From an uncultured Acidobacteriota bacterium (GTDB taxonomy: Bacteria; Acidobacteriota; UBA6911): 64,000 bases of DNA. The notes under the pieces are model-generated. The model made no database searches. It worked only from the letters and a program-made list of their open reading frames with translations, and was not told the DNA's origin. The translations under genes were made by a program, and so were the position numbers. Positions 57,178 to 64,000 of this stretch are shown here, piece by piece. The stretch covers positions 682,206 to 746,205 of the forward strand of contig CAVVHG010000006.1 in assembly GCA_963747985.1 (NCBI GenBank). Direction: 5' to 3'. Within the stretch, counting starts at the first letter, position 1. Every line of letters begins with the position of its first letter.

Positions 57178-58941
57178 TCAGGCTCGCGCCATCCGCGCCC
57201 GACCTGCCATCAGATCGCCGACGTGGAGAACGAACCGCGCGGCCGTCCCGGCAACCCCCGCACGATGGGGTACGGGATACAGGGGCCTCTGCAGCTCGGA
57301 ATGGCAGCCGACGAATTCGCGGATCTCTTCGACGCCCCTGCCGGTGCGTGCGAGAGCATCCTGGAACTCGGACTTTGCTTTCGCCTTAGCCTCCCCAAGG
57401 GCCATCTGCACGCGGCTGTACGCATTTGTCTGGCCCTCCCCGGAGGTTTCGACGGGAAGGAAGATCATATCCCTGAAACGGTCCACGACTGCGGACTGAA
57501 TCCCATCGGATTGGGACGAGGGCATACATCCGAAGGGCTTGAGGCTCAGAACCATGTGGCAGAGCCTGTTCATCGTGTAATAAATGTTCTTGCCGACCTC
57601 CAGGTGACCTTCGCCGCCCCTCGCGAGTGGCTTGTAAAAAGGATCCGCGAGCTGCGCCAGGATCTCCTGGGGGACAAGCCGGTGCGCCGTCCCGCCCAAC
57701 AGGTCGACGACACGATGATACTGGCGCTCGTACAATCGCTCGCCGATTGTGAACAGTGCGCGCTTTTTCTGGTACCCCAGCTCGTTTGACAGCCGCTGGC
57801 GCAGGTCCCAGGGGCCGGGTTCAAGGTATTCGCCGTCCAGGCCCCGCCTCTCGGTCAACTGCATTTTGGCGTGCATCAGGAGGTACGTGATCCAGGTGCC
57901 GAGCGCTTCCGGCTGCACCTGCGCTCCCTCTTTTTCGAGGAAGTCGAACATCCGGTAGTTTCCGTCGCTTTCGGTCGTCTGCGCCCAGAACTCACCGATA
58001 ATCTTGACCACCGGTTTCACGCGCGTGCGGTCTATCCGGATGCCATCGATCCGCTGCCGGCATCGTGTGAGCACTGCGCGATACGCGTCTCCGGACAGGT
58101 GCCCGCGCAGCTTGTAGAGCGCCTTCAGGACACCCGCGACACCGTTCCCTTCCCGGAAGCGTCTCAAGAGCCAGGATGGCATCTCTCCTGCGATTTGCTC
58201 GGGCTTGTATGTCCGGAGGTGGTCCTGCAGATCTTTGAGACATTCGTCCATCACCTGGTCTGTCTCTCCAGGATATATCTCAAAGGGTCTGATGCTGTGC
58301 GCCAGGTCGTTGAGCACATCGCCCAGGAGGACTGCCTTCAACATCCCGAGGCCGAAGTCCAGACTGTACTTCAAGCCCGGCTCTTCTATCTTCTGCTTGA
58401 TCCCGTCATCCTGCTGGAAGCGGATCACACGGAAGCCTTCGAACCCGGCATTCTGCAGCGACATCCGATATTCGGCGGCGTACATCCCGAACCGGCAGGG
58501 GCCGCATGAACCCGCAGTGAAGAACACATACCGCTCCGCGATCTCACGCCGGCTCATGCCTGCGTTCTCGAGCTCTTTCAGGAACTTGATCAGGCTGCCG
58601 GCCGTGAAGTAAGCAGGGCTGCACTGCCCGTTGTTTCCGAACTCCTTTCCGACCTGGAAGGCCTCCTGGTCCGGAGAGGGCAGGACTTCACATGTATAAC
58701 CGGAGCCCTGGAAGACCGCTTTGATAAACTGTTCGTGCCTGCGGGTTAATCCACCCAGAAGTATGGTGGTTCTATCCCGTTCCGAGGCCAGGAAAGGTCG
58801 CTCGGAAGGTCTGCGAAAATGCCCGCCCCGCGTCGAGCCCTGGGCTGCTCTGCGTTCGCCCCCGGTTGCGCGGGGTCCTCCATGCGGAGGAGCGGGCACG
58901 GGCCGCAGCATATCCGGATAGCCTAGTGTCGAAGAACTCAT
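57178..58941 (-). CDS. 2-hydroxyacyl-CoA dehydratase / BcrC-BadD-HgdB-like component (partner of the activase fusion).
   Basis: ...TTILLGGLTRRHEQFIKAVFQGSGYTCEVLPSPDQEAFQVGKEFGNNGQCSPAYFTAGSLIKFL...FFTAGSCGPCRFGMYAAEYRM... matches the HgdB/DUF2229-type N-terminal pattern (ILIPqMS...GY.vevL...GkeyvNNDaCyPa). The real start is probably downstream of the track start. It lies 12 nt upstream of the activase gene on the same strand. Confidence 0.6.
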   Translation of the reverse strand: MSSSTLGYPDMLRPVPAPPHGGPRATGGERRAAQGSTRGGHFRRPSERPFLASERDRTTILLGGLTRRHEQFIKAVFQGSGYTCEVLPSPDQEAFQVGKEFGNNGQCSPAYFTAGSLIKFLKELENAGMSRREIAERYVFFTAGSCGPCRFGMYAAEYRMSLQNAGFEGFRVIRFQQDDGIKQKIEEPGLKYSLDFGLGMLKAVLLGDVLNDLAHSIRPFEIYPGETDQVMDECLKDLQDHLRTYKPEQIAGEMPSWLLRRFREGNGVAGVLKALYKLRGHLSGDAYRAVLTRCRQRIDGIRIDRTRVKPVVKIIGEFWAQTTESDGNYRMFDFLEKEGAQVQPEALGTWITYLLMHAKMQLTERRGLDGEYLEPGPWDLRQRLSNELGYQKKRALFTIGERLYERQYHRVVDLLGGTAHRLVPQEILAQLADPFYKPLARGGEGHLEVGKNIYYTMNRLCHMVLSLKPFGCMPSSQSDGIQSAVVDRFRDMIFLPVETSGEGQTNAYSRVQMALGEAKAKAKSEFQDALARTGRGVEEIREFVGCHSELQRPLYPVPHRAGVAGTAARFVLHVGDLMAGRARMARA

Positions 58942-59237
58942 GCAACCTGCTCACGGGACCGTCGCCTTGGGGCGACCTTCATGTGCAAACTTGACCGCCT
59001 CGTTCAGGCGCAATCCGCTGTCAACAATAAGTTGTCGGAAGGGACGAGTCTGTCCGCCACCGGACCAGCACCGAGAGTGTAACTGATATCATGCAGGGCC
59101 GGCTAAAGCAAGTTTGTGATATATGGCCGAAAAGCGACCCGGCCACCAGCGCAGAGAACCGGACCACCCTGCGGCAATCCTGAGCCATCTCAAGCCGCAC
59201 CCCGGGAAACGGACACGGGTGCTATGATAGGAGTCCC

Positions 59238-61040
59238 ATGAAGCTGATCCCGCCCCGCGCCCCGGCCTGTCCGCGCAGGCTCGGGATTGCCGAAGCCCTC
59301 GTCCTCGGGGCCGTGTTGGCCGCGACCCTGTACGTCTATAGAGGCGCCTTCACCGGATTCTTTGTCCAGGACGACTACGGCTGGCTGGCTTCGTCCCGCT
59401 TTCGTAGTCTGAGCGAGTATGGAGATGTATTCTTCCGTTTCAATCCTGCGCTTACTTACCGCCCGCTGAGCCAGGAGACTTTTTTCTTCCTCGGCCAGAA
59501 GATCTTCGGGCTCTCGCCGCCGGGGTACCATCTCGTCAGCGTCCTGATGCATCTGCTTGCGGCTCTGTTGGTCTATATCCTGTCACGCAAGTTTTGCCCC
59601 GTCTTCCCCAGCCTTGTCGGAACCTTCCTGTTCGCCGTCCACTCGGCCCACTTTGCTTCAGTCTACTGGATCTCGGCGCTCCCTGAGCCAATGGCGCTTG
59701 TCTTCATGCTGACCTCATTCCTGCTTTTCATACGCTTTGACCGCAGGAACGACCGCGTCACCTGGGTCTTGAGCATCGTGGCCATGAGCCTGGCGATAAT
59801 GTCCAAGGAATCGGCCCTGACACTTCCCCTCGTCCTCGCAGCGTACTGCCTGTTCTTCTCGCGGGCGCGTCTGCTGTGGACGCTCCCTTTCTTCGGGATA
59901 GCAGGCCTCTATGTCGTACTCCGCCTCGTCAACATCCCCGTCGCCCAATATCCGCTTGTCTTCGGCAGGGAGCTGCTCGGCAATCTTGCAGCCTATTTCG
60001 CATGGGCAGCGGGGTTTTCGCAGACACTGCTCATCGTCAAACTGAACCATGATGCAAGGGCCTGGTACCCGGCTGTGGCAATTGGGTTTGCGATGGCATC
60101 CATTATTGCGCTGGCCCTGGCCAGGAACCGGCGAGTTGCCGCTTTCGCGGTGCTCTGGTTCATCATCGCACTCCAGCCGGTGCTCTATTTCCGGGAGCAC
60201 ATATTCCCCTACTATCTCGCTCCGGCTATCGCCGCACTTGCACTATTGATTGGGGCGGCGCTCCCTGAGCCCCGCACACACCGCGATTGGCGGGCGCTTT
60301 TGCCGGCCGCCGCCATCCTATGCTATTCGCTGTGGTTCGCGCCCGCGAGCATCCGGCTTGAAGGCAGGTGGTGGAATGAGCGCGCGATGACAGGGAAACG
60401 TATTCTTGACCAGATGCCCGCCGTCGACCGGCAGTTTCCTGCCGGGCACATCGCCTATGTTTTCGGTTTCACGGAAGCCGAGTTCGGCGTTCTCCAGAGA
60501 GATGCTGCATTCAAAGCATTCGGTTTCTCCCCCGCCCGGTATGTCCTGGTCGGCCTGAACCCTGATGTGCCGCGCCACATCCGCACGCTCCGGCAGGACG
60601 GCGGCATTCGCAAGTACTTCTGTTTTTTCCATTCCGGAGACGGTTTCCTGAACCTGACCCGGGAGTTCCGCCGGAAGCCGCTGGATTTCCTATCCCCGAT
60701 CTCGCTGCAGCAGATCGCTGAGGAGACTGTCCGCAGGCTGCAGCAGACTTCTGCTGCGGGTCGCCTGCGGGTGAATCAGGCTGAGCTTCGAAGGGACAAG
60801 GACACCATGATCCTCCAGGTGGCGGATCTCGATGCGGACGAGATCGACCTGAAGTACACTCTGGACGGCATGCCTATGGCCCCGGTCATGAATTGGCGTC
60901 TGGATCCTGACCGCAAGGCCATAGTGTTTGTGAGCAACTCAACGTCCCCGGGCGTGTACCACTTTCTGGCAGTGCGCGATTCTGCCGACCCGGATCCTAC
61001 CCGCTGGTACCCCGCGGATCTGCGCGTGACAGTGCGATGA
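59238..61040 (+). CDS. Polytopic membrane protein, GT-C-fold glycosyltransferase-like (PMT/ArnT/YfhO-like), 600 aa.
   Basis: There are about 12 N-terminal TM helices with an early acidic motif (FFVQDDYGW) like the GT-C DD/DE motif. A soluble C-terminal domain follows. Its stop overlaps the next gene's start (ATGA). Confidence 0.45.
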   Translation: MKLIPPRAPACPRRLGIAEALVLGAVLAATLYVYRGAFTGFFVQDDYGWLASSRFRSLSEYGDVFFRFNPALTYRPLSQETFFFLGQKIFGLSPPGYHLVSVLMHLLAALLVYILSRKFCPVFPSLVGTFLFAVHSAHFASVYWISALPEPMALVFMLTSFLLFIRFDRRNDRVTWVLSIVAMSLAIMSKESALTLPLVLAAYCLFFSRARLLWTLPFFGIAGLYVVLRLVNIPVAQYPLVFGRELLGNLAAYFAWAAGFSQTLLIVKLNHDARAWYPAVAIGFAMASIIALALARNRRVAAFAVLWFIIALQPVLYFREHIFPYYLAPAIAALALLIGAALPEPRTHRDWRALLPAAAILCYSLWFAPASIRLEGRWWNERAMTGKRILDQMPAVDRQFPAGHIAYVFGFTEAEFGVLQRDAAFKAFGFSPARYVLVGLNPDVPRHIRTLRQDGGIRKYFCFFHSGDGFLNLTREFRRKPLDFLSPISLQQIAEETVRRLQQTSAAGRLRVNQAELRRDKDTMILQVADLDADEIDLKYTLDGMPMAPVMNWRLDPDRKAIVFVSNSTSPGVYHFLAVRDSADPDPTRWYPADLRVTVR

Positions 61041-63775
61041 TACGAAAGACAATCCCGATCTTCTTCCTGGCGGCGGTAACGGTTCTCGTGTTCTGGAAAG
61101 TGATCTTCCACAACGAGTTCACTCTGCTCGTCGGCTCCGACATGGCGTCGAGCTATTACCCATGGTTCGATGTCGCCTCTTTCTGGCTCAAGAAGGGTGT
61201 ATTCCTGCTCTGGGATCCTTATGTCTATGCAGGCAAGTTCAACATGGGGGAGCTGCAGCCGGGTCTGTACTACCCGCTGAACTGGGTGTTCATGTTCCTG
61301 ACCACCAGCCCCAACGGGATTCAGGCGCTCATGATCCTGGACTATTTCCTCGCCGCCTTCTTCACCTGCCTCCTGGCGCGTTCCCTGCAGATTTCGCGCC
61401 GGGGGGCCTGCATTGCCGCGGTCTCATTTGCGTTCGGTGGATACAATGCCCAGATCCATGGCTATCTGAATGTGCTGAGCGGATTTGTCTGGATGCCGGT
61501 CGTGCTGCTGCTTTTCATGAAATCGTTGCAGGACGCGGGTCGGGTGAGCCGCATCCGGTACGCCCTGGGCAGCGGACTTCTACTTGGCCTGTCATTTCTG
61601 GCCGGCCATCACATACCGGTGATCCACACCGGTTTCTTCCTGCTCTTGTACTGCATTTTCACAATCGTGAGTGACCGGAGCAGGATGAGTCTGAGGCAGA
61701 AGGCCACCTCACTGGCGGCCCTGGGTGCGGTTGCTTGCACAGCGCTGCTTGCAACTGCGTTCCAGTGGATACCGTCGGCAGAATGGGCTCACCACGTCTA
61801 CCGCTGGGTCGGTGCCGGTAGCCCGATAAAGTGGGGGGAGAGAGTGCCATACTCGATCCTCCAGGAAACGTCCAAAGTCGCACCTCAAGATGCCATTTCG
61901 CTGGTTCTCCCCTATATCGCCGTGCACGCGAACATCTACATCGGGGCAACCATGCTGTTTCTCGCGCTGATCGGGCTCCTTTTTGTCAAGGGACGGAACC
62001 CGGCGTTTCTCAGCATCGCGGCGGCAGTCTATTTATTCCTGAGTTGGGGCCGATACTCGGCGCTGCACGGCTGGGCAAATACCTTTGTCCCCGGGCTCTG
62101 GTTTGCCCGGGAGGACTTCTACTACTTCATTCCGTTTCAATTGTGCGTTGCCTTGCTTGCCGGCTGGGGCCTGGACCACCTGGTTCGGTCCTATTCGGGA
62201 TCCGTTGACCAGCGCCTCCAGGCATTCATTCCGCGGATGGGATGGATCATGGCAGTAGCTGCTGTCTCGCTGGGCCTGATGGCGGCGGGTTTGTACATGT
62301 ACAGCAGGCTGCGAATAGATCACGCTTTTATCCGCGCTCTGAGCAGCCTCGCCGCTTATCTTACTGCCCTGGGCATACTCCTGTTCCTGCTTCACACGGG
62401 ACGGATCAGGCCGGCCTGGTTCGCCAACGCGGCCGCCGCGCTCCTGGTAGTTGACCTGGCATCGCATTTCTCCGCGGACATCCCGACAAAATCGCAGCCG
62501 CCCGGTGCACCCAATTCCTACGTGCGCGAGTACTGGCGTGAACCTCCGGTGGTGTCATTTCTCAAGGAGCAGCGACGCAGGGACTACTTTCGCACCGACG
62601 ACCCTGATCATGTCCTCCCGCCGAATTACGGTGATGTCTGGCGGCTGGACGCGACTATGGGACACGGTGCGACCGCGCTCGTCGATTACTTCGCATTTCG
62701 AGGCACCGGTTGGGGGCCCGGTTCCAATGCCTCAGCCCTCCTGAATGTCGGCTATTTTCTGAGCCCAGGTCCCATCCCGGGGTGGGATCCGGTGCCCGGC
62801 GGGGGAGGGATCCTTTACCGCAATCCGCGGGCTGTTCCGCGGGCATTCGTGGCTCCGCGGTTCCGGTCGTTCGCAGACGATTCCGAGATGCTCAGGTGGC
62901 TGGCGAGTCCGGCCTTCAACCCGCGTGAAACCGTGCTGCTGCGGGACGCCGACATCCGCCGGATTGATCCCGGATCGCAAGGTTTGTTCACGCCTGATCA
63001 GGATGGTGTCACGGTCCAGTCCGCTACGCGTTTGACCGCGGCGGACAAGGCTGCCGGACAAACCCTGGATGCCGGGGCACGGCGCCGGCTGATCGTTTTT
63101 CAGTTGCCATGGGGGTGGACCGCGGGAGACGAGACGACTTTGCTCCTGAGCCCCGAACGAGCCGGCACCGAGTGCCTCCTGATCATCAATTACCTGCCCG
63201 GAAGCGGCGGGGTTTCGAGGTTGACCGCCAGGCTTGAAGTGGATGGCACCTCGACCCTGGTTCCTCTTGAGCTGGCCGGTGCCGGCGCTTTGAATCACTC
63301 CACGCAAAGGGCGGTGGTGAGTCTCGGCCGGCTCAGTCGGCAGGATTACAGGCTGTCGCTCACCATACCGGAAGGATGCGCTGCGCGTGTCGACAACATC
63401 CGAGTGACGTCACGCGTACCACCGGCCGGTCCGGACGAGGCCGGAGCTGCGTACATGGTATCCCTCCAGCCGAACAGGCTCAGACTGAAGGTTGAGGCCC
63501 GGCGGCCCTCGTTCCTGGTTCTCAGCGAAGTCTATTATCCCGGGTGGGAAGCGACAGTTGACGGTAAACCGGCACCGCTCCTGAAAGCGGACTACATTCT
63601 GCGTGGCATTCCGGTAATGCCCGGAGAACACTCGGTCGAACTCCGATTCCGCCCCAGGACTTTGATCTGGGGGTTGGCGATCAGCGCGCTGGCGTTAACC
63701 GGCCTCGCCGGCCTGTTCGCCCGTCCGCAATCTGTGCTAGGCTCTGCCTGTCGTGACGAGGCGAAAACGCGTTGA
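61037..63775 (+). CDS. YfhO-family membrane protein (912 aa).
   Basis: ...FLLWDPYVYAGKFNMGELQPGLYYPLNWVFMFL... matches the YfhO signature (lPlWNPY.f.G.P...nPq....YPl). There are many TM helices, a large C-terminal extracytoplasmic domain and a terminal TM. Confidence 0.6.
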   Translation: MIRKTIPIFFLAAVTVLVFWKVIFHNEFTLLVGSDMASSYYPWFDVASFWLKKGVFLLWDPYVYAGKFNMGELQPGLYYPLNWVFMFLTTSPNGIQALMILDYFLAAFFTCLLARSLQISRRGACIAAVSFAFGGYNAQIHGYLNVLSGFVWMPVVLLLFMKSLQDAGRVSRIRYALGSGLLLGLSFLAGHHIPVIHTGFFLLLYCIFTIVSDRSRMSLRQKATSLAALGAVACTALLATAFQWIPSAEWAHHVYRWVGAGSPIKWGERVPYSILQETSKVAPQDAISLVLPYIAVHANIYIGATMLFLALIGLLFVKGRNPAFLSIAAAVYLFLSWGRYSALHGWANTFVPGLWFAREDFYYFIPFQLCVALLAGWGLDHLVRSYSGSVDQRLQAFIPRMGWIMAVAAVSLGLMAAGLYMYSRLRIDHAFIRALSSLAAYLTALGILLFLLHTGRIRPAWFANAAAALLVVDLASHFSADIPTKSQPPGAPNSYVREYWREPPVVSFLKEQRRRDYFRTDDPDHVLPPNYGDVWRLDATMGHGATALVDYFAFRGTGWGPGSNASALLNVGYFLSPGPIPGWDPVPGGGGILYRNPRAVPRAFVAPRFRSFADDSEMLRWLASPAFNPRETVLLRDADIRRIDPGSQGLFTPDQDGVTVQSATRLTAADKAAGQTLDAGARRRLIVFQLPWGWTAGDETTLLLSPERAGTECLLIINYLPGSGGVSRLTARLEVDGTSTLVPLELAGAGALNHSTQRAVVSLGRLSRQDYRLSLTIPEGCAARVDNIRVTSRVPPAGPDEAGAAYMVSLQPNRLRLKVEARRPSFLVLSEVYYPGWEATVDGKPAPLLKADYILRGIPVMPGEHSVELRFRPRTLIWGLAISALALTGLAGLFARPQSVLGSACRDEAKTR

Positions 63776-64000
63776 AATAGTGATTCCGGTCTATAACGAG
63801 GAGATGGCGATCGGATCCTGCGTGGACCGGCTTAGTCGTTTTCTCGAGGAGAACCTTGCTCACGACTGGCAGATCATCATCGCCAACAACGGCTCCACGG
63901 ACCGTACCGTCGAGGCAGCCAGGCAACTGGCTGCCGAAAATGACCGGGTGACCGTGCTCAACCTGTCCAGGAAGGGACGCGGTTTGGCTCTCCGGGCGGC
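63753..64000 (+). CDS. GT2-family glycosyltransferase (polyprenyl-phosphate sugar transferase, GtrB/CsbB-like), 5' partial; continues beyond the window.
   Basis: Translation from GTG near 63753 reads VTRRKRVEIVIPVYNEEMAIGSCVDRLSRFLEENLAHDWQIIIANNGSTDRTVEAARQLAAENDRVTVLNLSRKGRGLALRA. This is the classic GT2 N-terminus (IPVYNEE...DGS.D.T). It overlaps the YfhO stop. Confidence 0.6.
   Translation, partial: MTRRKRVEIVIPVYNEEMAIGSCVDRLSRFLEENLAHDWQIIIANNGSTDRTVEAARQLAAENDRVTVLNLSRKGRGLALRA

Noticed and set aside
1-64000. Scan for tRNA T-loop motifs (GGTTCGAATCC-like), CRISPR-like short direct repeats, and IS terminal inverted repeats or transposase motifs (DDE).
   Set aside because: Nothing convincing was seen by eye. 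The only GTTCGAA hit (about 44921) is inside the sulfatase-like CDS. I cannot exclude small RNAs without a covariance-model search.

Overview
This is a high-GC (about 65%) bacterial chromosomal segment with dense, mostly non-overlapping genes. The gene content (many Tat-exported Gfo/Idh/MocA oxidoreductases, a DUF5916/CBM9-like outer-membrane protein, a large TPR protein) fits an Acidobacteriota-like soil heterotroph, but that is inference only. No rRNA, tRNA, CRISPR array, transposase or integrase could be recognised by eye.

Recognisable blocks, in order:
- 98-3829: hexuronate-type cluster of an SDR (UxuB-like, frameshifted in a G6 run), a LarA-superfamily protein and a UxaA-family altronate/galactarate dehydratase.
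- 3954-6122: a DUF5916/CBM9-like outer-membrane protein.
- 6796-15906: an AMIN-domain protein, a Gfo/Idh/MocA oxidoreductase, dodecin, a Tat-exported aldo/keto reductase, PlsC, CorA, an FAD oxidoreductase and a sugar-uptake/ribokinase pair.
- 16118-20641: glycine cleavage genes arranged gcvP(+) convergent with gcvH-gcvT(-), with a shared long palindromic element in both 5' regions.
- 21084-25208: a DUF2911 protein, a MATE-like membrane protein, an M20 peptidase and a URO-D-family protein.
- 25488-31170: a cytoplasmic DegT-family aminotransferase followed by three Tat-exported proteins (Gfo/Idh/MocA oxidoreductase, a domain-less hypothetical, an enolase-superfamily enzyme), a likely periplasmic sugar-modifying module.
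- 31205-37463: a secreted alpha/beta hydrolase, a HIBADH-like reductase, a small secreted protein, another Gfo/Idh/MocA oxidoreductase, an Smr protein and a large TPR protein.
- 37574-40771: NrtR-like Nudix regulator, nadA and nadC, with a candidate AT-rich palindromic operator and an intrinsic terminator between nrtR and nadA.
- 40921-45395: a methyltransferase with a novel N-terminal domain, then a small membrane protein followed by an 858-aa sulfatase-like membrane enzyme.
- 45628-51962: an asd-lysC-dapB-dapA-dapD operon ending in a DUF1015 gene.
- 52094-53623: a secreted beta-propeller glycoside-hydrolase-like protein.
- 53725-58941: a two-gene 2-hydroxyacyl-CoA-dehydratase-like radical system, namely a 1146-aa double-activase/DUF2229 fusion and a partner.
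- 59238-64000: a GT-C-like membrane protein, a YfhO-family protein and the 5' end of a GT2 glycosyltransferase, likely a surface glycosylation module.

Many long ORFs antisense to these genes are GC-bias artefacts. Coordinates may be off by about one base where they were refined by counting.
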